Shown: in pieces, positions 50,041 to 61,746 of the stretch
How positions within the stretch are numbered: position 1 is the stretch's first letter
How the letters are laid out: each line of letters starts with the position of its first letter
Assembly: GCF_964213995.1 (NCBI RefSeq)
Contig: NC_135808.1
Location: 33,542,001-33,606,000, forward strand
DNA length: 64,000 bases
Source of the DNA: Mustelus asterias
Lineage: Eukaryota
Direction: 5' to 3'
Position numbers and translations under genes: made by a program
Notes under the pieces: generated by a model
Seen by the model: only the letters and a program-made list of their open reading frames with translations
What the model was told of the DNA's origin: nothing
The model's database searches: none

Positions 50041-50519
50041 AGAAACAGAGTGCCATGACCATTCCTTCACGTGGAGCAGACCAAATTGTGAATGAGCTAC
50101 TGTATTGTGATGAAGGTAAGTGCATGCATTGTAGAGTAAGGTACTTGACAGAGAAAAGGATCAATGGAGGATTGGAGAGTGACACTGTCTACAGACTAAA
50201 GTATGTTGTCCTTGGTTAGTGCACAGACTAGGACAGAACTCAGAAAGCAGCAAGCCTGTATGGAAGAATCCCATGCAAGACTATATTGGGACTCTGCATA
50301 ATTGAAGCTTTCTAGAAGAAGTGTTATATTAAATGCAAGTCTCAAGATCCCTCCATTGAACAATTGCTACATCAATTTACAAATGTCCAACTTGTGTGTA
50401 TAATGTTTATTTAGAATGTGAGTTGAGTAAATTGATCTTGAAGATTGTCTAAGAAAGGTAAAGGGGGAGGGTGTAGTGATTGTAGTGTCTGTCTCTTTAT
50501 GAGACAACCCATGAGATTC

Positions 50520-50845
50520 CATAGAATCATCAAATCACTAAGCGCAGAAGAAGGCCATTTGGTCCATCGAGTCTGTACTGACTCTCCAAGAGCATCTTAA
50601 CCAGGCCCCCACCTGATCCCTGTAATCCTGCACATTTACCATGACGCAAGTATCATGGGACACTAGGGGGAAATTTACCATGGACAATCCACCTAACCTG
50701 CTCTTTGGAGTCTGGGAGGAAACTGGAGCACCTGGAGGAAACCCACGCAGACACGGGGAGAATGTGCAAACTCCACACAGACAGTGACCCAAGGCCAGAA
50801 TTGTACCCAGGTCCCTGGCACTGTGAGGCAGCAGTGCTAACTACA
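50520..50845 (-). mobile_element. HE1-type V-SINE
   Basis: HE1 consensus, reverse orientation. Confidence 0.85.
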
Positions 50846-50974
50846 GTTTCACCCCTTCTCATTCATTCTCATTTCATTACAAAAAAAAACTTATAAAACA
50901 ATAAAATACCCTCTCACACATTCATTCTATTAGCAATGGTCAATTTTATATTTTTCAGTCCTAACTGGACTCCT

Positions 50975-51960
50975 TTAAGTTCTGGACAGGGCATCTGCAA
51001 TCACATTTGATTTCCCAGGAATGTCGGTGATTTTTAAGTGGTACAATTAGAGGAACAAACTCCAATAGAATAACTTGTCTTTCTGGGTCTTAAACTTTTT
51101 CACAAAAATTAAAGGATTGTTAATATCAGTATAAACTGTGGTCTCTCAGACATATATCTCAAAAGTATTTTGAGAGCCTGTAATAAACCAAGGGTTTCCT
51201 TTTTTTGTGGAGTACTGTTTCTGATGCTTGTTGAGTTTTTTAGAGAAGTATCTGATTGGTGTTTCTATTCTGAATGTGTCATCTTGTAGGAGAACTGTTA
51301 AAGTCCAGGGCTGCAAGCACAGGTCCACCTATTAAAATTGCTTTCAGCTTTTGGAAAGCTATCTGGCATTTCTCAGTCCATAATATCTTTGCTTTTCCCT
51401 TTCGTAGATCTGTCAGCGGGGCAGCTACTATGCTAATGTTTGCGATGAACTTGTGGTGGAACTCACACATCTCCAAGAACCTCATGATTTCCTGTTTTAT
51501 TTTGGGAACGTGGAACTGGGCTATGGATTAAATCTTGGTAGCCATGATTTGGACCCACTACATGTTCTAGTTAGATCACTTTAGCCTTAGCAATCTTACT
51601 CTTTGCCAGATTGACCATTAGGTCAGCTGACTGTACGCTCTGGAAATGACTTCCAGTTGCTAATTATGGTTTTCCAAGGTGCCACTGTACACTAGGAAGT
51701 CATCAAGGTACACTACTCAATTGAGTAAACCTGCCAATACCTGGTTCATCAGTCTTTGGAATGTAGCCGGATCATTTCGGAGTCAAAAAGGCATAATTCG
51801 ACACTGGTATAACCCATCTGATATTATGAAGGTGGAGATTTCCTTTGTGAGGGCCATCAACAGAACCTGCCAGTATCCCTTGTGTCTTTGCAATATAGGA
51901 ATTTTACCTTTACCAGCTGTTGGGCCATGGCGTCTCTCCTGTAGCAGAAGGGTCTGGTAA
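50975..51960 (-). mobile_element. Gypsy pol fragment (RT-RNase H), degraded
   Basis: MPF*LRNDPATFQRLMNQVL...VVYLDDFLVYS, FIANISIVAAPLTDL, YFSKKL and NVIADALSRT* motifs. Confidence 0.88.
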
Positions 51961-52086
51961 CTAAATGATTAATACTGGACTAAGTAGAATATTGTGCTCA
52001 CACTGTGATGTAAGAAGACACATAACCTAGATCTAGGTTCAGTTTAGAGATGGGTAGCAATGTGAGCAGACCTAGTATGGGTCCCC

Positions 52087-53522
52087 TCCATACTGGAGGA
52101 TAGCAAATGTTGTCCCCTTGTTCAAGAAGGGGAGTAGGGACAACCCTGGTAATTATAGACCGGTGAGCCTTACTTCTGTTGTGGGCAAAGTATTGGAAAG
52201 GATTATAAGAGAGAGGATTTATAATCACCTAGAAAGGAATAATTTGATTAGGGATAGTCAGCACGGTTTTGTGAAGGGTAGATCATGCCTCACAAACCTT
52301 ATTGAGTTCTTTGAGAAGGTGACCAAAGAGGTGGATGAGGGTAAAGCGGTTGATGTGGTGTATATGGATTTCAGCAAAGCGTTTGATAAGGTTCCCCATG
52401 GTAAGCTTTTTCAGAAAATATGGACACACGGGATTGAGGGTGATTTAGTGGTTTGGATCAGGAATTGGCTAGCTGTAAGAAAACAAAGGGTGGTGGTTGA
52501 TGGGAAATATTCATCCTGGAGTTCAGTTACTAGTGGTGTACCGCAAGGATCTGTTTTGGGGCCACTGCTGTTTGTCATTTTTATTAATGACCTGGATGAG
52601 GGCGTGGAAGGATGGATTAGTAAATTTGCGGATGACACTAAAGTCGGTGGAGTTGCAGACAGTGCGGAGGGAAGTGGCAGGTTACAGAGGGACATAGAAT
52701 AGCTGCAGAGCTGGGCTGAGAGGTGGCAAATTGAGTTTAATGCGGAAAAGTGTGAGGTGATTCACTTTGGAAGGAGTAACAGGAATACAGAGTACTGGGC
52801 TAATGGTAAGATACTTGGTAGTGTGGATGAACAGAGGGATCTGGGTGTCCATGTGCATAGATCCCTGAAAGTTGACACCCAGGTTGATAGAGTTGTTAAG
52901 AAGGCGTACGGTGTGTTAGCTTTTATTGGTAGAGGGATTGAGTTTCGGAGCCAAGAGGTCATGCTGCAACTGTACAAAACTCTGGTGCGGCCGCATTTGG
53001 AGTATTGCGTACAGTTCTGGTCGCCGTATTCTAGGAAAGATGTGGAAGTGTTGGAAAGGGTGCAAAGGAGATTTACCAGGATGTTGCCTGGTATGATGGG
53101 AAAATTGTATGAGGAAAGGCTGAGGGGCTTGAGGTTGTTTTCGTTAGAGAGAAGAAGGTTAAGAGGTGACTTAATAGAGGCATACAAGATGATCAGAGGA
53201 TTAGATAGGGTGGATAGTGAGAGCTTTTTTCCTCGGATGGTGTTGGCTAGCATGAGGGGACATAGCCTTAAATTGAGGGGTGAGAGATATAGGACAGATG
53301 TTAGAGGTAGGTTCTTTACTCAGAGAGTAGTAAGGGCGTGGAATGCCCTGCCTGCAGCAGTAGTGGATTTGTCAACATTAAGAGCATTCAAATGGTTATT
53401 GGATAAACATATGGATGATATTGGAATAGTGTAGATTAGAGGGGCTTTAGATTGGTTCCACTGGTCGGCGCAACATCAAGGGCCGAAGGGCCTGTACTGC
53501 GTTGTTATGTTCTATGTTCTAT
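52087..53522 (+). mobile_element. Young 5'-truncated CR1 (HER1-type) LINE
   Basis: RT frame nearly intact ([24 protein letters not shown]) with one stop at 52700-52702; (TGTTCTA)n tail. Confidence 0.95.
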
Positions 53523-53654
53523 ACCTGTACCCTGTACTGTTAACATGTATATCGTTAAGTTAGTTAATTGAGACATCTTTATAATTTATTCAAGACTGCT
53601 TCATGGTGCTACAAAAAGCCTCTGAGAAGGTTAGCAACAAAAGCATGCACCAAT

Positions 53655-56600
53655 TAAAGGCAAAATACTGCAGATGCTGGAAATCTGAATTAAAAACAGA
53701 AAATGCTGGATAAACTCAGCTGGTCTGGCAGCACCTGTGGAGAGAAACAGAGTTAATGTTTTGGGTCATAATGACTCTTCTGCAGAACTGAAGAAATGTA
53801 AAGAATTATATGGCTGGAAAGGAAATGCAGGAGGTGAAGGACAGTAATAGGACAGGGCAAAGGAGAGATTAACAAAGGTGTCATGGACAAAGACAATTGG
53901 GAGTGTTAATGGTGCCGTTAAAGGATGAAGAGTACGAATGGCAAAAGGTGAGATTAGCAGAATGTGTAAATGGAAACAACTGAACAGCAAGGGACAGGAG
54001 GCCATGTGGGGAAGGGGTGGGATTGTGAAGGGACAAGCCAGGGAGCTGAAGAACAATGAAAAACAAACAAAAAGTGAGGTGGGCAGGGATGGGGGTGGTT
54101 TAAGATGGAGGGGAAAGGTCACAATCTAAAGTTATTGAACTCAATGTTGAATCCAGAAGGCTGTAACATGCCTAAGCAGAAGATGAAGTGTTATTCTTCC
54201 AAGTTGCATTGGGCATCACAGGAACATCACAATAGGCCAAGGATGGGTATGTGGATATGAGAGCATGATGGCGAGTTTAAAAGACAAGCATCCGGAAGAT
54301 TAGGATCATGCTTGCAGATGGATGAAGGTGTTTTGCAAAGCGATTACCCAGTCTGCATTTAGTCCCCCTATTGTAGAACAGTCCGCATTGGGAGCAGCGG
54401 ATATAGTCGATCAAGTCGAAGGAAGCGCATCACCTGAAAGGATGTTTGGGTTCTTGGACAGTGAGGAGGGAGGAGGTAAAGGGGCAGGTGATGCACCTTC
54501 TGCAATTGCATGGGAAGATGCCGTGGGAAGGGGATGCAGGGTTGGGGGCAATGGAAGAGTGGACCGAGATGTCACAGATGGTGTGGTCCCTGTGTAATTT
54601 CAAAGAATCACTATAGTGCAGAAGAAGGCCATTCGGCTCATTGAGTCTGCACTGACTCTCCGACAGAGCATCTTACCCAGGCCCACCCCCTGCCCTATTA
54701 CTGTAACCACATATAGTTACCCTGCAAACCTACATATCTTAGGACTGTGGGAGGAAACCGGAGCACCCAGAAGAAATCCACACAAAGGGCCCAATTTTAC
54801 CATTTTCTTTCTAAGTGCTGAATCTGGGCACAATTCAGATCTGACTTGGAAAACTGTTCTCAGACGCCCCCATACGCACTTAGCCTGAAAAACTAATCGC
54901 AAGTCTGAATCGCGTGGTGGGCGGGGCTTACCGCACCTGAAACGCTGCTCGTCTGATCATAGCTTTGAACTGGGCATGCGCAGTGAGAAAAAAAATTGAA
55001 AAACACTCCCCTGTCACATCGCTCCCGGGCCACAAGAAATAGATAAAGTGGCCCGGGAGCGAAAAGCGGGAGCGATGGCACCCACAGAGATCACCCCAAC
55101 CCACAACATAACTGTCCCCCTTATCCACCCGACCCCCCGCTACTCAGACCGATCGCGACCCCTGCCCCCTTCCCTCCCACAGAGTGGCAGCAGAGCCCCC
55201 TGCCCCCGCGACCCCACCAGAGAACCATCTGGCCTCCCCCCCCAGAATGAACGGGCCTCCCCCACCCCCCGAGAATGATTGGGCCTCTCCCCCCACCCCC
55301 CTCAGAGAACAATCGGGCCTCCCTCCCCCCCCAGCCCCCCAGAGAATGGTCGGGCCTCCCCCCCCCCCCCCCCCCCCCGAGAATGTTCGGGTTTCCCTGC
55401 CCCCAAGAATGATCAGGCCTCCCTCCCCACCAGAGATACATCTGACTCGCCGCCCCCCCCCCCCCCCCCCCTCCCCGGCCTCCACCACCGATCTGAGTCA
55501 GAGAGCCGCTGCGCCCGGAACAGACCTTTGCCGAGCATGTCTGTTTCACATCAAATCTGGACGCGCGAACGCGATGGTAAAGAGAAATGCTGGTAAAGTT
55601 GGAGGGCAGCCCATTAATTCAATTTAAATGCATGCAAATGCATTTAAATTGCCGTTGCGACTGTTTCGGGTGCGATTCGGATCGCGGCCATGTTCAGGCC
55701 TTGGTAAAGTGGGCATCTACGGATCGCATTAATGGCCTCATGCCCAACTTTACCGAGTTTTCACGCCTGTTAACGCAATGGTAAAATAGGGTCCAAACAG
55801 TCACCTAAGGCTGGAATTAAAGCTGGGTCCCTGGCACTGTGAGTCAGCAGTGCTAACCACCGTGCCACCATGTTGTAATGCTGACAGAGGGAGTGAGGGA
55901 ATAAGATAGGTCTACCTGGGCATTACTTTTTGTGGATTTTGGGAAGCAGGTAGAAGAGGGCTAAGCAGGGTTGGGAAACATATGAGGTTGGAAGCAGTGG
56001 AGAGAAGATCCCCAAAGGCAAATTTAGTGGTGGCATCATGCTGGAGTTAGCAGAAATGGTGGAGGATAATTCTTTGAATGCAGTGGAGTGAAAGTGAGGA
56101 CAGAGGAGCTCCCACACCTCTGAATGTCCTGGCAACCTCAGTTGAGGAAAAAGGCAGACATGTCAGAAACGTTGTTTTCAAAAATAGCATCATTAGAACA
56201 GAGGCAGCAGAGATATAGAAACTGAGAGAATGCGATAGAGTCTTTACAGTCAGTGGAGAATGAGGAGCTGTAGTTGAGGCAGGTGAATGTTTCCAGGTCC
56301 TGATGAGAGCATGAAGTGACACCGACCCAGCATTGATCTGTCGGTGGGTCTGTCAGCTTAGTTGGCTGGACAGCTGGTTTGTGATGCAGAGCGACACCAA
56401 CAGCGCGAGTTCAATTCCCGTACCAGCTCAGGTCATTCACAAAGGCCTGGCTTCTCAACCTTGCCCCTCGCCTGAGGTGTGGTGATCCACAGATTAATCA
56501 GGATCCACCAATCAACTCTCCCCATCAAAGGGGACAGCAGCCTCGGGTCATCTGGGACTTTGGTGACTTTACACAGTCATCGATGTAATGGAGCAAGAGT

Positions 56601-56870
56601 TTTGGGAGAGGGCCTGAGTAGGACTGGAACAAGAAATATTCCAAATACCCCACAAAAAACAGGCATAACTGGAGCCTATGTGGATATCCATATCCACATA
56701 TTTTATTTTCAAGAAGTGAGACAAGTTCAAGGAGAAATTATTTAGTGACAGAACAAGTTCAGCTGGGCGGAGGAGAGTGATGGTGGATGGCGATTGTTCA
56801 GGCCTCTGTTCAAGAAAAAGTAGAGAGCCCTCAGATCATCCTGCAGGGATGGAGGTGTAGAGGGATTGAA
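53655..56870 (-). mobile_element. Degraded Penelope-like element with nested HE1 SINE, MITE and a second tRNA-SINE (about 56345-56572)
   Basis: Reverse similarity to 21750-23670; FYLLPKIHK RT motif in ORF 55923-56135. Confidence 0.7.
54787..55794 (+). mobile_element. Complete Harbinger-like MITE inserted in an HE1 SINE
   Basis: TIRs GGGCCCAATTTTACCA / TGGTAAAATAGGGTCC (14 of 16 complementary), 3-bp AAA duplication, and flanks that rejoin into HE1 (CCACACAAACAGTCACC). Confidence 0.85.
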
Positions 56871-57176
56871 TCATAGAATCCTTAAAGTGCAGAAAGAGGC
56901 CATTTGGCCCATTGAGCCTGCATCGACAATAATCCCACCCAGGCCATATCCCCATAACCCCACATATTAACCCTGCTAGTCCTGCTGACACTAAGGGGCA
57001 ATTTAGCATGGACAATCAATCTAACCCGCACATCTTTGGACTATGTGAGGTAACTGGAGTGAGAGGAAACCCACGCAGACACAGGGAGAATATGCAAACT
57101 CCATACAGTGACCCGTGGCCAGAATTGAACCCGGGTCTCTGGCGCTGTGAGACAGCAGTGCTAACCACTGCGCCAC
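56868..57176 (-). mobile_element. HE1-type V-SINE
   Basis: HE1 consensus, reverse orientation. Confidence 0.88.
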
Positions 57177-57899
57177 TCATAACAAACAGGCTTCAACATG
57201 AGACAAAATTTTAAATTTCCAGGCTAGCCAGTTCCGGGAACGTCTTCTCTGATCAAATTAGACAAAAACACAGTTGTAAATTTCACTAGCAAACCCAAAT
57301 TCTGACTTGGTGTCCTATCCACATGGCACCTGAGTTCATAACAAATAAAGAAAACAGACAAAGCAATATAGCATCAATTAATTTGCGTACTTCACCACTT
57401 TCTGGTCTTCCGGCAGCACCCAGACTGTGCCGCCTGATCTGTTCCCGACCTGTAGCATGATGTCATGGAGTGAGAAGTCCTTCAGCAGCCTTCTGACCCC
57501 ACAACTATTTTGTGTTCTTCACCGAAGCACTGTGGCGGAAGTATAAGACCTCCAGACCACCGAATCTTCAATGTCAGGGACTTGATGATAAGTGTGGGAA
57601 TAAGAATGTTATTAATGCATGCCTGTTAATGCTAATAATGAAATAGCATGGGGTTAGAATAGTTTATGGCTGTAACAATAAAGTTAATACACAAGACTTA
57701 TTGCAATGGAAGAGTTGAAGTAACCTGGAAGAAAACTAAAATCAGTCTATAGCCAAGGAATAAAGACTTGGGGCGGATGTAGCAGAAGGGTCTGGTTCCC
57801 AAGTGGGACAGAGTACAGTATCACCCACACCAGGATGTCAGTAGAATCAGTCTAGAGATGAGTACCAATGTATAAGGATATATATGTACATGGTCAAAC

Positions 57900-59640
57900 A
57901 TGCTCAATGACTGACCTTCCACAGCCCTCTGTGGTAGAGAATTCCAAAGATTCATCACCCTCAGAATGAAGAAATTCCCACTCATTTCAGTCCTAAGTGG
58001 CCTACCTCTTATACTGAGACCGTTTCCCCCAGTTCTAGAACCCTGAGCTAGGAGAGACATCCTTCCTGCATTGACCCTTTCAAATCCAGGAAGAATTATG
58101 CATGCTTCAATTAGATCATCTCTCATTCTTCTAGACAATAGAAAATACAGGCCCAGTCACCTCAATATTTTGTCATAGGATAATTCCTCCCTCCCAGGGA
58201 TTAGCCAGGTGAACCTTCATTGCACTCTCTCTATGGGAAATATACCCTTCATTAGATAAAGAGACAAAAACTGTACACAATACAGCAAGTGTGGTCGCAC
58301 CAAGGCTCTATCCAACTGCAGCAAGACATCTTACTCTTGTATCTCACATCCTCTTGCAATAAAGGTTAACTCCAACGAGAGAGAATCTAACCATCTCCCT
58401 GTGACATTCAATGACTTTACCATCGCTGAAATCCCAACTATCACCATTCTGAAGGTCATGATTAACCAGCAATTGAATTGGACTAGCTACATAAAAACTG
58501 TGGCTACAAGAACAGGTCAGAGGCTAGGCAGTGAGTAACTCACCTCTTGACTCCCCAAAGCCACAACGTACAAATCAAGAGTCTGATGGAATACTGTGCA
58601 GCTCCAACAACACTCAAGAAGCTTGGCACCATCTCGGGTAAAGCAGCCTGCTTGATTGTCACCCCATCCACAAATATTCACTCCCTCCATCCACCGATGC
58701 AAAGTGGAGCAGTGTGTACTATCTACAAGATGCACTGTAGGAACTCACCAAGCCTCCTTAGACAGCATCTTCCAGACACACAACTATTACCATCTACAAG
58801 TACAAGGGACATATGGGAACACCACCACCACCACCATCTGGAATTGCCCCTCAAGCCAAACACCATTCTAACCCTGACTTGGAAATATATTGCCGTTCCT
58901 TTGCTGTGTGTCACAATCCTGGAATTCCCTCCCTAACAGCACTGTGGGTGTACCTACACCTCAAGGACTGCCTGGGGAACATGTTGATTCTTTCATAAAT
59001 TATCTGTCGGCAGGTGTGAGTAATGCTATTTAATGGCCTAGCTTATCCGAGACAGAATCGTGATGGGTGTCAGTCTCAGATTGAGAAGGCAACTCAGCAT
59101 CACCTTCTCAAAGGCAATTAGGAATAGGCAATAATGTCTAACCGAGCCAGTGATGCCCAAATCCCATGAATGAACATTCAAAAATTACCTATTGCTTGCT
59201 GCACCTTCACTTTCAGCAATTTATGAACAAGGACATTCAAGTCTCTTTTGACATCAGCATTTCCAAATTTCTCTCCATTTAAAAAATACTCCACGTTTCT
59301 GTTTTTACTACCGAAGTAGATAATTTCACATTTTTCTACATTCCAACTGCCACGTTTTTTGCCCACTCAGTCTGTTTAACTCTTCTTGAAACTTCTTTGC
59401 ATCTACCTTACAACTCACAGTCCCATTGGAGTCCAAAAAGGGGAAAGCAGCCTATGGTCCTCTGGGACAGCAGTGATATTTACAGATCCTCGCAGTACTA
59501 GACAGCTTGCCAACTGAGAATCGCCCGTTTATTTCCACTCTGTTTTCTGTCCATTATTAATTCACAATCCATGCCAGTATATTACTCTCAATCCCACGTG
59601 CTCTAATTTTGCTTACTAACCTCTTGTGTGGGACTTTATA
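57900..59640. mobile_element. CR1 fragment (minus) interrupted by a CR1-group 3' fragment (plus, about 58370-59175)
   Basis: RMRDDLIE...NLWNSLPQ and NVEKCEIIYFG motifs on the minus strand; family 3' end at about 59100-59175 on the plus strand. Confidence 0.75.
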
Positions 59641-60132
59641 GGGTGGGATGGGGTTTTCTCTACTCCAAGAAGGTGAAGCTTTCATCCCATCCTTTTGGAC
59701 TGGAAAAAAATACTCTGGCATCCGTTCAGATAAAAGACATTGGGATGGAGCTAAAAAAAAAAGTGGAAAGATGATGCTGCAAAATTAACGAGACCTGTTT
59801 TTATTATAATGGGGGAGGAGTCCTGGATCCATGTCTCCTCCCCTGGCACCGGAACTGGTGGAATCAATCTCAGTCATTGTGCAGGATTCAATGTAGGTGA
59901 TGGGGGTTTCAGTCGCTAACTGAAGAGTCTGCAAAACCTCTGCGCTGCCTTCTTTCAGATGCTTTCAGTGGACAGGGGCAAGACTTGGTGGGATTAAAGA
60001 CTCTGGTGCCGGAGAGCGGAAAACTATCCATTGCAGGCAGCAATGATAGAGGCAATGCTGCAGCAGGGGTCCAGGGTTAGCAAGGAATCAAGGGCACAGA
60101 TGAGTAAGGGCGGGATCAGAGGGGTTTAGGGG

Positions 60133-61620
60133 AACAAAGAACAAAGAACAGTACAGCACAGGAAACAGGCCCTTCGGCCCTCCAAGCCTGTGCCGCTCCT
60201 TGGTCCAACTAGACCAATCGTTTGTATCCCTCCATTCCCAGGCTGCTCATGTGACTATCCAGGTAAGTTTTAAACGATGTCAGCGTGCCTGCCTCCACCA
60301 CCCTACTTGGCAGCGCATTCCAGGCCCCCACCACCCTCTGTGTAAAAAACATCCCTCTAATATCTGAGTTATACTTCGCCCCTCTCACCTTGAGCCCGTG
60401 ACCCCTCATGAACGTCACTTCTGATCTGGGAAAAAGCTTCCCACCGTTCACCCTATCTATCCCCTTCATAATCTTGTACACCTCTATTAGGTCTCCCCTC
60501 ATTCTCTGTCTTTCCAGGGAGAACAACCCCAGTTTACCCAATCTCTCCTCATAGCTAAGACCCTTCCATACCAGTCAACATCCTGGTAAACCTTCTCTGC
60601 ACTCTCTCTAACGCCTCCACATCCTTCTGGTAGTGCAGCGACCAGAACTGGACGCAGTACTCCAAATGTGGCCTAACCAGCGTTCTATACAGCTGCATCA
60701 TCAGACTCCAGCTTTTATACTCTATACCCCGTCCTATAAAGGCAAGCATACCATATGCCTTCTTCACCACCTTCTCCACCTGTGTTGCCACCTTCAAGGA
60801 TTTGTTGACTTGCACACCTAGGTCCCTCTGTGTTTCTATACTCCTGATGACTCTGCCATTTATTGTATAACTCCTCCCTACATTATTTCTTCCAAAATGC
60901 ATCACTTCGCATTTATCCGGATTAAACTCCATCTGCCACCTCTCCGCCCAATTTTCCAGCCTATCTATATCCTGCTGTATTGCCCGACAATGCTCTTCGC
61001 TATCCGCAAGTCCAGCCATCTTCATGTCATACGCAAACTTGCTGATTACACCAGTTACACCTTCTTCCAAATCATTTATATATATCACAAATACCAGAGG
61101 TCCCAGTACAGAGCCCTGCGGGACACCACTGTTCACAGACCTCCAGCCGGAAAAAGACCCTTCGACCACTACCCTCTGTCTCCTATGGCTAAGCCAGTTC
61201 TCCACCCATCTAGCCACTTCTCCTTGTATCCCATGAGCCTTAACCTTCTTAACCAACCTGCCATGTGGGACTTTGTCAAATGCCTTACTGAAATCCATAT
61301 AGACGACATCCACGGCCCTTCCTTCATCAACCGTTTTTGTCACTTCCTCAAAAAACTCCACCAAATTTGTAAGGCACGACCTCCCTCTTCCAAAACCATG
61401 CTGTCTGTCACTAATGAGATTGTTCCATTCTAAATGCACATACATCCTGTCTCTAAGAATCCTCTCCAACAACTTCCCTACCACGGACGTCAAGCTCACC
61501 TGCCTATAATTTCCTGGGTTATCCCTGCTGCCTATAATTTCCTGGGTTATCCCTGCTACCCTTCTTAAACAACGGGACCACATTCACTATCCTCCAATCC
61601 TCAGGGACCTCACCCGTGTC
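60133..61620 (-). mobile_element. Young 5'-truncated CR1 (HER1-type) LINE
   Basis: 342-aa RT ORF plus a frameshifted 110-aa C-terminus, (GTTCTTT)n tail, and a 28-bp tandem duplication at 61501-61556. Confidence 0.95.
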
Positions 61621-61746
61621 TAATTCACAGTAATTTCACAGTCAGGGGTAGGATGTCCATTTCTCCACCCACCATCGGCTTGCTTGATAAAATGTTGTCC
61701 CCGCCTCCAAACCCGTCATGGGAGACGGAATTAAATTCCGCCCTTA

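Noticed and set aside
52118-53434. Active autonomous LINE or host RT gene (also 60209-61583)
   Set aside because: Both copies are 5'-truncated before the endonuclease and carry a stop or frameshift.
57380-57560. Possible minus-strand first exon with an ETS-like CCGGAAG site
   Set aside because: No recognisable protein and no supporting downstream exon; cannot be supported.
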